DNA of 64,000 bases from NCBI GenBank assembly GCA_963976765.1, contig CAXBME010000013.1:1-64000 (forward strand), written 5' to 3'. This document shows positions 9,920 to 19,265 of the stretch, piece by piece. The notes under the pieces were generated by a model. That model had not been told where the DNA came from and ran no database searches. It saw only the letters and a program-made list of their open reading frames with translations. The position numbers and the translations under genes were made by a program. Numbering within the stretch: position 1 is the stretch's first letter; each line of letters begins with the position of its first letter. The DNA comes from an uncultured Planctomycetaceae bacterium (GTDB lineage: Bacteria > Planctomycetota > Planctomycetia > Planctomycetales > Planctomycetaceae).

Positions 9920-9946
9920 GGTTTTGAAGTCAAACCATCAATCAGT

Positions 9947-10001
9947 GTAGGCTGGGGCGTGACCCAGACCGGGAACATTGCTGGGACATGTCCCAGCCTA
10001 C
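9947..10001. repeat. Inverted REP pair, family A
   Basis: GTAGGCTGGGGCGTGACCCAG ... GCTGGGACATGTCCCAGCCTAC. Confidence 0.9.
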
Positions 10002-10064
10002 CTGACTGTCCGAGCTTTCAAATTCATATTCCATTGCTTTGACGTTCGGACGGCCTGCCGAATC

Positions 10065-11660
10065 ATGTATTCCACTCGCGGACTGATCGCTGCCCTGGCT
10101 TTGTCCGCAATGTCGGTGGCGTTTCTGTGGCTGACGGATATCCCGTTGGGAGTTCCCGACGAGTGGACCTGGGAACGCATTTCGACGTCTGATGCTGGCC
10201 CTGAACTGGCACTCGGAGCGGCTCAGGCAGCCATTGCAGGCGTTGTCTACATTCTGATCGCCTGGTTGGGATCTCGACGAATTGCCAACTGCTCACGCCT
10301 CGAACTTGTCGGCTGGCTACTCGGAATTGTGTCGGTGGGATTCGGCTGGCTGCTCGCTGTGCAGGAAGCTCCACCGTCCGGTTGGCGACTTTCGAAGACG
10401 GCGTTCGTCCTGTACTACCCAGGCTCGTCCGGCTATTTCCACAAAGCTCGATACGACATTCCTGACACAGCCGAGTTCCTCCGTGGCTATGAAGACCTGA
10501 TGGCGGAAGGCGACGTGCTGCATGTCGGGACTCATCCGCCCGGACTGTTCCTGCTTTATCGAGCCATGATTGGCCAGCTGGAACGTCGCCCCGCGCTCGC
10601 TGAGTTCATCGTCAGCACGGCAACGGAATCAATCACCGAAGCGTTCGGAATTGTCGATGCCAACCTGCGACGGACCGGCAAAGAACTGACGACAGCCGAC
10701 CGTGCGGTCATCTGGCTGGCGACGCTGTTAACGCAAGCGTGCTGTGTTCTCGCGCTGGTGCCGATCTTTCTGCTGATGCGGCGTTCGCAATCACGGGAAA
10801 CTTCCTGGCGAGTCGCCGCGTTCTGGCCGCTGCTTCCGGCGCTGGCCATCTTCATTCCGAAGTCGGATGTTCTGTTTGTTCTGCCGGCTGCTCTTCTGAC
10901 CTGGGCATGGCTTTGTGCCGCGAGACGTCAATCGTTTTTGCTCGGCGCCGTCGCGGGAGCGATTGGGTGGGCAGGCCTGTTCTGCAGCCTCGCGTTTCTA
11001 CCGATTGGGCTGATTGCCCTGGTGGCGTCGCAGTTCGATACGATCAAGCTGTCCGATGACCAGGCTGCTGACAAGCAGCCGCTCAAGGCAGTTCTGCGGA
11101 GATTGATGACGCCCGTCTTGCTGTGGAAGCCGTTGCTGGGTGGCGTCGCTGCCGTTGCCGGTTTGACGCTGATAGTTTTCCAGCTTTGCGAAATGAACCT
11201 GCTCAACGTCTGGATTCACAACTATCACAACCATGCCGGCTTCTATGCTCAGTTTGAGCGGACGGTGTGGAAATGGTGGCTCGTCAATCCGCTCGAACTG
11301 ATCTTCGCCGCCGGTGTTCCAGTCATCTTTCTGCTGATTCGATCGGCAAAACGGGATCTTGCTACCTGGCGAACCGCTTTGCAGTATCCGTTACTCGTCA
11401 GCTTTCTGAGCGTCTGGACGCTGCTCTGGCTGAGCGGCAAAAACAGCGGCGAAGCGGCCCGATTGTGGTGTCCGTTGCTGCCGGTTCTGCTTGCTGTTGC
11501 GGCAGGCGGACTCGTGAATCCGGTTGTTTCATCCGACGAGTCGGGTGCCGAATCGACTGATGAAGAATCAATCAACGAACGGCGATGGCTCGTCCTGCTT
11601 TCCTGCCAGGCGATCGTTGGCGCTGCAACGGTCATCCGAGTCAGTGGGTTTCATTTCTGA
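10065..11660 (+). CDS. Polytopic membrane protein, probable GT-C fold glycosyltransferase
   Basis: Many TM segments, HVGTHPPG, PKSD and GEAARLW loop motifs. Confidence 0.6.
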   Translation: MYSTRGLIAALALSAMSVAFLWLTDIPLGVPDEWTWERISTSDAGPELALGAAQAAIAGVVYILIAWLGSRRIANCSRLELVGWLLGIVSVGFGWLLAVQEAPPSGWRLSKTAFVLYYPGSSGYFHKARYDIPDTAEFLRGYEDLMAEGDVLHVGTHPPGLFLLYRAMIGQLERRPALAEFIVSTATESITEAFGIVDANLRRTGKELTTADRAVIWLATLLTQACCVLALVPIFLLMRRSQSRETSWRVAAFWPLLPALAIFIPKSDVLFVLPAALLTWAWLCAARRQSFLLGAVAGAIGWAGLFCSLAFLPIGLIALVASQFDTIKLSDDQAADKQPLKAVLRRLMTPVLLWKPLLGGVAAVAGLTLIVFQLCEMNLLNVWIHNYHNHAGFYAQFERTVWKWWLVNPLELIFAAGVPVIFLLIRSAKRDLATWRTALQYPLLVSFLSVWTLLWLSGKNSGEAARLWCPLLPVLLAVAAGGLVNPVVSSDESGAESTDEESINERRWLVLLSCQAIVGAATVIRVSGFHF

Positions 11661-11788
11661 TGCCAAGTCGTGTGACGCCTCGGCTGCATGTTTAGTTTTT
11701 CGGCAGATTGTTAGGATGCCGACGTTCCGACGAGTCCGTCACCCGACCCACTGGTGATACTTCGTAATTCCGATGCACTGCCATACTT

Positions 11789-13048
11789 ATGAGTGAAAAC
11801 CGTTACAGACCAGGTGATTTCAGCTCGATCGACGACGCCATCGCGGCTCTCAAGCAGGGGCGAATGGTGATTGTGCTGGACGCTGACGACCGCGAGAACG
11901 AAGGCGACCTTATCTGCGCCGCCGAGACGATTACGTCCGAGCAGGTTGCCTTCATGTTGAGATATGGCGGCGGAGTTCTCTGCGTCCCCATCGACGGAGA
12001 AACGGCCGACCGTCTGCACCTGTCGCCGCTCGTTGAAGAAGGCGCCAACAGCACGGCTAACCGAACTCACTTTCTGACTCCTGTTGATCATATCTCTGCC
12101 GGAACGGGCGTCAGCGCTGATAACCGAGCGAAGACGATCCTCGCACTGGCGGATCCGAACGCTCGACACACGGATTTCGTCAAGCCAGGTCATGTCGACA
12201 TTCTGCTTGCTAAAGACGGCGGTACTCTGAGGCGAGCTGGTCACACGGAAGCGACTATCGATCTGCTCCGCATGGCGGGGATGCGTCCGGCAGGAGCCAT
12301 CATTGAAATCCTCAGTCAGAAAAACACCGGCATGGCCGACCGCGATGAACTTCGCGAACTGGCCATCAAATACGACATGCCGATGATCACGATCGACGAC
12401 CTGCTGAGGTATCGTCGCCTTGGCGAGCGGCTGATCCATCGCGAGGTAGAAGTAAACATTGAGACTGGCCAGTACGGCAGCCCGAAATTCATCGCTTACA
12501 AAGTTGCTCACGAAGAACAGGAACCTCTGGCGATGGTGTGGGGCGATTTGTCATCGGTCGATGCACCGCTCGTCCGCATGCACTCGTCGTGTTTTACCGG
12601 AGACATCCTCGGCTCGCTGCGTTGCGACTGCGGAGAGCAGTTGCACATCGCCATGGCCATGATCACCAAAGAAGGAGCCGGTGCCGTCGTCTACCTTCCT
12701 CAGGAAGGACGAGGAATCGGACTCACGGCCAAACTGAAAGCCTACGAGCTTCAGGATCAGGGCTACGACACGGTCGAAGCCAATCACAAACTCGGCTTCA
12801 AATCCGACCAGCGTGACTACATGATCGGGCTTCAGATTCTGAAAGACCTCGGCCTGAAGAAGATTCGGCTGCTGACAAACAATCCGAAGAAAACGGAATC
12901 GTTCGAGCAGACCTGGGATCTGAAAGTGGTTGAGCAGGTTCCGCTGATCGCTCCGCCCGTCAAGCAGCGTGAGCATTACATGGCGACAAAACGTGACAAG
13001 ATGGGGCACCACCTGCCCAATGACATTGTTGTGGAGAAGCCAGAGTAA
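11789..13048 (+). CDS. ribBA: Bifunctional DHBP synthase / GTP cyclohydrolase II
   Basis: DRENEGDL, RAGHTEA, RMHSSCFTGD, RCDCGEQL, QEGRGIGL, LLTNNPKK. Confidence 0.96.
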   Translation: MSENRYRPGDFSSIDDAIAALKQGRMVIVLDADDRENEGDLICAAETITSEQVAFMLRYGGGVLCVPIDGETADRLHLSPLVEEGANSTANRTHFLTPVDHISAGTGVSADNRAKTILALADPNARHTDFVKPGHVDILLAKDGGTLRRAGHTEATIDLLRMAGMRPAGAIIEILSQKNTGMADRDELRELAIKYDMPMITIDDLLRYRRLGERLIHREVEVNIETGQYGSPKFIAYKVAHEEQEPLAMVWGDLSSVDAPLVRMHSSCFTGDILGSLRCDCGEQLHIAMAMITKEGAGAVVYLPQEGRGIGLTAKLKAYELQDQGYDTVEANHKLGFKSDQRDYMIGLQILKDLGLKKIRLLTNNPKKTESFEQTWDLKVVEQVPLIAPPVKQREHYMATKRDKMGHHLPNDIVVEKPE

Positions 13049-13133
13049 CCCGGTTCTGGCCTTGAAACGGTGCCCGCTGAAAACGTCCCGTCCAGCCAAC
13101 GGAAACTGCACGTTGAACCGCATCCCCGACGAC

Positions 13134-14051
13134 ATGGTCTGCCCCGTCTGTTCATCGCCGCTGGCGGTATCGACCGAATCGGTTTCGTGTGCCACGTGTT
13201 CGGTCAACCATCCGATCATCAATGGGATCCCGCGATTCGTTGAGCAGGAGCATCTCGCCAGTTTCGGCCTTCAATGGAACCGGTACGAAGTCGCTCACGA
13301 CGACGAAGATCGTGCGACGTTTGAAGCGAAGACCGGGTTCAATCTTTCCGAACTGGCTGGCCAGAAAATTCTCGACGCCGGTTGCGGCGGCGGCCGCTAC
13401 TGCAAAGTTGCCGCCGAAGCCGGTGCGTCAGTCTTCGGAGCGGATCATTCCTCAGCCGTCGAAAAAGCGTCGAGCCTTTGCAGTCACCTGGAAAACGTTC
13501 GACTGGTACAGGGCGATCTGAAGAAGCTGCCATTTCGGGAAGAGTCTTTCGATCTAGCCTTCTCGATCGGAGTCATGCACCACGACAGCGACACTCGAGC
13601 GGTCTTTGATTCGGTCGCCAGGATGGTGAAGCCTGGTGGCAGGATGGCCGTCTGGCTTTACCGGCTGAACACCTGGCCGCAGGAAGTGCTCAACAACTTT
13701 CTTCGTCGCCGCAGCACAAAGATGACTCCTGAAAAACTTGAGCCGTGGTGCCGGGTCGGAGCATTCTTTGGCGGCATTCCTCTCGTGAAGCAGTCGCTGA
13801 GCAAAATAATTAACTTCAGCACGCATCCCAACTGGGAAAACCGAGTCTGCGACACCTTCGACTGGTACGCCCCCGCTTACCAGTATCACCACACGACGGA
13901 AGAACTGAGCACCTGGTTTCACGACGCCGGCTACGACGATCTGGTCGTTCTGCCGCCGGAAAAGACCGGAGCGTTCTACCGGTGGGCCTGGCGGAACAAC
14001 CTCATCATTGGCAGCGGAGTTAATATCCAGGGCCGCAAACGCGATTTCTGA
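13134..14051 (+). CDS. Class I SAM-dependent methyltransferase with N-terminal Trm112-like Zn ribbon (TTG 13113 is an alternative start)
   Basis: CPVC..CATC..GIPRF; ILDAGCGGGR; FDLAFSIGVMHH. Confidence 0.88.
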   Translation: MVCPVCSSPLAVSTESVSCATCSVNHPIINGIPRFVEQEHLASFGLQWNRYEVAHDDEDRATFEAKTGFNLSELAGQKILDAGCGGGRYCKVAAEAGASVFGADHSSAVEKASSLCSHLENVRLVQGDLKKLPFREESFDLAFSIGVMHHDSDTRAVFDSVARMVKPGGRMAVWLYRLNTWPQEVLNNFLRRRSTKMTPEKLEPWCRVGAFFGGIPLVKQSLSKIINFSTHPNWENRVCDTFDWYAPAYQYHHTTEELSTWFHDAGYDDLVVLPPEKTGAFYRWAWRNNLIIGSGVNIQGRKRDF

Positions 14052-14129
14052 AACGGCGAAACCCTTTGCCGACCGGAACCGCGCGGTGCTCGTTCCAGTT
14101 TGCTTATTTATTCCTCGGAGAATTCGTCA

Positions 14130-15038
14130 ATGTCCGACTCGCAAATTCCTCGCCGTAACTTTCTTCTCGCAGCCGGCTGCGGTCTCGCGTCAACGGGTGT
14201 GTTGAGCAGCCGAATCGATGCGGCTGACGCGTCGGCAAAGAATTCGATCTGTGTTTTTACCAAGCCGTTCAACTCGCTGACCTTTGACGAGCTGGCAGAC
14301 CGCATCGCCGAACTCGGCTTTGACGGTGTCGAAGCTCCCATCCGGGACGGCGGACACATTGAACCGGCAGCCGTTGCGGACGAGCTTCCCAGACTGGTCG
14401 AAGCGTTGAAGAAACGCAAACTCGAACTCACGGTCATGACGTCGGACATCAACGACCCAGATGATCCACTCACTGAGAAAGTTCTCACAACGGCGTCGGA
14501 ACTCGGAGTTCGTCGATACCGAATGAAGTATTTCAAGTACGACTTCAATCAGCCGATTCTGAAACAGCTCGACGAGTGGCGGCCTCGTTTCAAAGATCTC
14601 GCCGCCATGAACAGGCAATTCGGAGTGACGGCTCTCTACCAGAACCACGCCGGTCGGAATTATCTCGGAGCCTCGCTGTGGGATATCCGCCGGATCCTCG
14701 ATGGAATCGCGGTGAACGAAATCGGAGTCGCATACGATATTCGCCATGCATCCGTCGAAGCCGGGATGAGCTGGCCGGTGACGTACCACATGATCCGTCC
14801 GCACATCGAAACGGTCTATGTGAAAGATTTCGTCTGGGACGGTGCGAAACCGAAGAACGTGCCGCTCGGAGAAGGCAACGTCAGTGCCGACTTCTTTCAG
14901 ATGCTGAATAAGTCAGGCTTCAACGGTCCGGTTTCGCTTCACGAAGAGTACCTCGATCATCGAAAGCCAGAGCTTGTTCCGGCACACCTGGCGGCGATCA
15001 GGGACGACCTGACGACACTCAGGAAGTTGCTTGGCTGA
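14130..15038 (+). CDS. Tat-exported sugar phosphate isomerase/epimerase (AP endonuclease 2 TIM barrel)
   Basis: PRRNFL Tat motif, YQNH, YDIRH, VKDF, PLGEG, SLHEEY. Confidence 0.85.
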   Translation: MSDSQIPRRNFLLAAGCGLASTGVLSSRIDAADASAKNSICVFTKPFNSLTFDELADRIAELGFDGVEAPIRDGGHIEPAAVADELPRLVEALKKRKLELTVMTSDINDPDDPLTEKVLTTASELGVRRYRMKYFKYDFNQPILKQLDEWRPRFKDLAAMNRQFGVTALYQNHAGRNYLGASLWDIRRILDGIAVNEIGVAYDIRHASVEAGMSWPVTYHMIRPHIETVYVKDFVWDGAKPKNVPLGEGNVSADFFQMLNKSGFNGPVSLHEEYLDHRKPELVPAHLAAIRDDLTTLRKLLG

Positions 15039-15064
15039 AAACTAATTTGCGTGAGAGGCGACGG

Positions 15065-16081
15065 TCAGTTGTTGAAGTTTTCCCGTTCGCTACCGTCTCG
15101 AGTGCACATGGCTTTCATAATTCGGAAGTCGATTGTTTTTGACACCGACTTCGTCGAACCGTCACAAAGTGCAAAGTTGACGCTGTCACGGTGCCATGCA
15201 CCAAAGCCAAAGAAGTGGCCTGCAGGCATTGCGTTGAGGTAGGTATCCATGGTTGATGGAGCCGCCGAAGGGTTGGCTCCGTCCGGTCCCCAGTCGGGCC
15301 GATTGTCGTTGTCGTCGTCGGCGAGTCTGGTCAGGCCACTGTTACCGTCGCCCCAGTAGCCGAACATGCTTTCGCCGAAACAGATGGTGTTGGATTCTCC
15401 ATCGCGGATGTCTCGGAAGCTGACCGAACTGTCACGATAAAGAATGCCGTTGGTGGTTGGGCTTCCAGCGGCCGCACCAGGTGCTGGGCTGGTTCCAGTG
15501 TTACCTCGGTAAGAGAGGTAGGCATATCCCCCGGTGTTTGGTCCAGCGACCGGAGCTGGTCTTGCATTCGGATAGCTGCGACTTGGGCAGAGGTAGGTTG
15601 GAATGACCAGCTGGATGGCCTGCTGGTTATTGGTGGATGTGTCTTTCTGCTCGTTGAAATTCACATTCGCCGTTGCCGCTCCCACTTCATTCAGAATGAA
15701 CGCGGCCCAGCCCCAGTCTCCGCTGTAAGTCCAGTCGGGAATGTTGACCTGCGGAATGGCGCCGCCGCTGGCAGTACTGGGCACTCCCAATGGAATAATG
15801 GCAGGTTCTGGCAGCGTAATACTCAGAGCAGGTGCATTTGGGTTACTGATGATCCCTGACGGAAACGTGCGGTGCGTTTCGGCATAATTGTGCGTCGCCA
15901 CAATTATCTGATGCATGTTGTTCAGACATTCTGACCGTCTCGCGGCTTCACGAGCATTCTGAACGGCAGGCAACAGCAACGCAGCCAGAGCGGCGATGAT
16001 CGCGATCACGACCAGAAGTTCGATCAGAGTAAACCCCGTTCTCGCCTCGTGACTTCTTGTCTGAACACTTCGTTGATTCAT
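15065..16081 (-). CDS. DUF1559 prepilin-type protein
   Basis: [53 protein letters not shown] before ATG 16081 (16153 alternative). Confidence 0.95.
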   Translation of the reverse strand: MNQRSVQTRSHEARTGFTLIELLVVIAIIAALAALLLPAVQNAREAARRSECLNNMHQIIVATHNYAETHRTFPSGIISNPNAPALSITLPEPAIIPLGVPSTASGGAIPQVNIPDWTYSGDWGWAAFILNEVGAATANVNFNEQKDTSTNNQQAIQLVIPTYLCPSRSYPNARPAPVAGPNTGGYAYLSYRGNTGTSPAPGAAAGSPTTNGILYRDSSVSFRDIRDGESNTICFGESMFGYWGDGNSGLTRLADDDNDNRPDWGPDGANPSAAPSTMDTYLNAMPAGHFFGFGAWHRDSVNFALCDGSTKSVSKTIDFRIMKAMCTRDGSERENFNN

Positions 16082-16273
16082 CTGGCCTGCACTCCAAATC
16101 GAATTCGCTGCGTGATTACTTCCTGGACGGAGCCATTTCGCTCCACGCCGCATTTGTCGTCAGAACTGTCCAAAACATCGGGAAAGGACAAGTCGATCAG
16201 ACTATCACCTCACTTCTGTGGTTGCAATTCGCCTCCTGAACTGTTCAGGCTTAAGGCTCCGTCAGGAAGCAGT

Positions 16274-16684
16274 TCACCCGCCAGTCAGCAGCTTCAGGAT
16301 TCCGGCGTTCGCTTCCGGGAACGATAATCCCCGCAGTCCATCCACAGATTTCCACTCGAATTCGTTGGTTAACTGTGGCATGTTTCGAACAGGCTCGTCA
16401 GAAACTTCCTTGACCCGACAAAGCCAGAAGTGCAAATCAACGCGGCCATGATCATATTCATGGTGGATGCGGTCGAGGAGACGCTCGGCAGTCACTGAAA
16501 GGCCGGTTTCTTCGAGGCATTCTCTGACGGCGCAATCTACAGAGGATTCTCCAGGCTCGCATTTGCCGCCGGGGAATTCCGCAAAGCCTGCCAGAGCCTG
16601 TCCTGCTCGTCGGGTTCCGACGAGGAAATGGCCATCGAATTCGACGATCGCGATGCCGATCTGTTTCTCAACTCGGTCAGTCAT
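16274..16684 (-). CDS. Nudix hydrolase, MutT-like
   Basis: EFPGGKCEPGESSVDCAVRECLEETGL Nudix box; FPEAN. Confidence 0.88.
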   Translation of the reverse strand: MTDRVEKQIGIAIVEFDGHFLVGTRRAGQALAGFAEFPGGKCEPGESSVDCAVRECLEETGLSVTAERLLDRIHHEYDHGRVDLHFWLCRVKEVSDEPVRNMPQLTNEFEWKSVDGLRGLSFPEANAGILKLLTGG

Positions 16685-16930
16685 CTGGAGAATTTCCGGT
16701 AATCTGGTCAGGCAACGCGTTGTGGCAACGTGGGAATCTGTACCTGCGGCTTGCTGGCGTTTGCAAATTGTTTGCAGGAAATTCCGATCACGGGCCGGAT
16801 TGTTCAACGGAGACGTCGGATTTGCCGTACAGCGACCCACGAACTAAAGTCGTCTTCGGCGCGTTTTGATGCTTGATTCTCTCGCGTTCTCATCACCCGA
16901 TTCACCTGGCATAGTCTGAATTTTACACGG

Positions 16931-17605
16931 ATGTCACTTTCGATCCGCAACCTGAAGAAGAGTTATATTGAACCGGGCGGGCGTCGTCTGCCAATTCTCA
17001 ATGTCGACTCGTTTGATATTGCTGACGCTGAGCAGGTCGTTCTGATCGGCTCGAGCGGCGGCGGCAAGACAACCCTGCTGAACGTCATCGCTGGCGTGAC
17101 GACGGCTGATTCCGGTCAGGTCGTTATCGACGGCACGGATGTGACGAAGCTGCCCGAGGCTGGCCGCGATCGATTCCGAGCGCTCAGGATCGGCTACGTT
17201 TTTCAGACGTTCAATCTGCTGCCAGCTTTCACGGCTCTGGAGAATGTGCTGCTCGGCATGAGCTTCGGCGGTTGCAAGGCGGACCGCCCCCACGCTCGCG
17301 AGTTGTTGAAACGGGTCGGGCTGGAGCATCGGCTCAATCATCGTCCGACAAAACTTTCTGTCGGAGAGCAGCAGCGAGTTGCTGTCGCGCGAGCACTCGC
17401 CAACCGACCGTCGCTTCTGCTGGCGGATGAACCGACTGCCAATGTCGATACTTCCAATCAGGACAATATTCTGAAACTGATCCGTGAAGCGTGTACTGAA
17501 AACGGTGTCTCACTGATGCTGGTGACACATTCAACCGACGTGGCTTCGCAGTTCGACCGGATCGAAAAACTCAGCGATTTCAACAGACCGGAGGCCTCAG
17601 AATGA
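16931..17605 (+). CDS. ABC transporter ATP-binding protein (LolD/MacB-type)
   Basis: GSSGGGKTT, LSVGEQQRVAVARAL, ADEPT, LVTH. Confidence 0.95.
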   Translation: MSLSIRNLKKSYIEPGGRRLPILNVDSFDIADAEQVVLIGSSGGGKTTLLNVIAGVTTADSGQVVIDGTDVTKLPEAGRDRFRALRIGYVFQTFNLLPAFTALENVLLGMSFGGCKADRPHARELLKRVGLEHRLNHRPTKLSVGEQQRVAVARALANRPSLLLADEPTANVDTSNQDNILKLIREACTENGVSLMLVTHSTDVASQFDRIEKLSDFNRPEASE

Positions 17606-19017
17606 ACCTTCTGGTCATTGCGTTTAAAAGTCTCAGACAGCGAGCATTGTCATCGTCGTTGACGGCGTTGAGCGTCGCGCTCGGCATCATGCTGGTTGTT
17701 TCCGTGCTGGTGATTAAGTCTGTCGTTGACGACACGTTTACGCAGCGCAGCGTCGGTGTCAGTCTGTTGGTTGGTCCGCGAGGCAGCGATCTGGGCAACG
17801 TTCTCAGTGCCGTTTATCGAATCGGCAAGCCGAGCGAAAATCTGCCGTGGCGAGTTCTGACTGAAGACCTTCCCGGCAGGGCCATGCGACTTACCGGAGT
17901 GAAAGATCCTTCTGACATCATCGAATGGGCCATTCCCATGACGATGGGAGACGTCACGGAAGAAGGGACGTTTCCCGTCGTTGGTACGACTCCGAAGTAT
18001 TTCAAAGTTGAGTACGCGTCCGGTCAGAAGTTCCGGAAGAAGGGCGAGCTGCCGGTTAACCCGTTCGACGCGATGATCGGGTCGCGAGTCGCTCGCGAAA
18101 ACGGCTGGGATGTCGGTTCGCAGTTCTCACTGATTCACGGCGGCGCCGACGGACACGTTCATGATGAGAAGTTCACAATCACCGGCGTGCTGGCTCCGAC
18201 CGGAACGGCCAACGACGGCACGGTATTTGTCAATATCGAAGGTTTCTTTCTGATCTCAGGGCACGAGAAGCCGCCTGAAGAAGCGATTCAGCGACTGAAA
18301 GACTTTGGCTTTGAAGTGAGTGCCGAGCAGGAGGCGGCGATTCGGGAAGCGACGAGCGGTCACGATCATGCCTCGCACGATGATCATGGGCACGAGGGGC
18401 ACGAGGGGCACGATGATCATGGGCACGAGGGGCACGATCACGGGCATGCACACCACGGAATTCCCGATGACCTGAAGGAAGTATCGTTCATTCTGGTCCG
18501 GACAAAGACTTCGCTTGGCTCGATCATGCTGGCCTCTGAAATCAATGAAGGCATGCGGGCTCAGGCGGTCAACCCGATTCAGGTCATCAGCAAACTGATG
18601 AAACTGTTTGTCGGCAATACTCAGAAGCTGCTGCTGTTTCTGACGGGGTTGATTGTCGTGGTGGCGGGGATCGGAATCTTTGTGAGTATTTACAACTCGA
18701 TGTCCGACCGCAAACGCGAGATCGCCATCATGCGGGCGTTAGGGGCGAGCCGCGTCACGGTCTTCTCGATTATTCTCGGCGAGTCTCTGCTACTGTGTGT
18801 CGGCGGGGGAACTCTTGGCCTGCTGATGGGACACGGGCTGGTTGTCATCGCGGCTCCGCTTGTCGAATCTCAGGCCGGCATCGTCGTGAATCCGTGGAGT
18901 TTCGATGCGATGGAACTCGTGCTGTTCCCCATCCTGATCGGCATGGCCACGCTCGTCGGATTTTTGCCCGGACTGACGGCCTACCGCACCGACGTCGCCG
19001 ACGCGTTGAGCGACTGA
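17602..19017 (+). CDS. ABC transporter permease (MacB/FtsX family) with His-rich loop
   Basis: 4-nt overlap with ATPase; RKREIAIMRALGAS; His-rich repeats at 18361-18455. Confidence 0.9.
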   Translation: MNLLVIAFKSLRQRALSSSLTALSVALGIMLVVSVLVIKSVVDDTFTQRSVGVSLLVGPRGSDLGNVLSAVYRIGKPSENLPWRVLTEDLPGRAMRLTGVKDPSDIIEWAIPMTMGDVTEEGTFPVVGTTPKYFKVEYASGQKFRKKGELPVNPFDAMIGSRVARENGWDVGSQFSLIHGGADGHVHDEKFTITGVLAPTGTANDGTVFVNIEGFFLISGHEKPPEEAIQRLKDFGFEVSAEQEAAIREATSGHDHASHDDHGHEGHEGHDDHGHEGHDHGHAHHGIPDDLKEVSFILVRTKTSLGSIMLASEINEGMRAQAVNPIQVISKLMKLFVGNTQKLLLFLTGLIVVVAGIGIFVSIYNSMSDRKREIAIMRALGASRVTVFSIILGESLLLCVGGGTLGLLMGHGLVVIAAPLVESQAGIVVNPWSFDAMELVLFPILIGMATLVGFLPGLTAYRTDVADALSD

Positions 19018-19265
19018 TGGGAAGAGCTGTCAATTTTCCGCAGAGTGTTCAACCGGCAGCACTGAGCCGCCTGCGAACCGGGATCCGGAATTTCTCGGCA
19101 GGTTTGGTTGCGACGACTGACATTCTCGACCGGATTCATAAGAATGCCTCTCGCGGGTTCGAACAGCGAGCTTCGCCGCAGTTCTGAAAGTGGCCTGCAG
19201 ACAAAACACGCGCATTTGCACGGTTCTTCTGAAACTCCCGTCCTGTTACGCAAAGTCCAGTCGAG

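Noticed and set aside
11661..11788. FMN riboswitch upstream of ribBA
   Set aside because: No AGGGCGGGGTGAAATTCCCGACCGGCGG-like core seen; the gap is short
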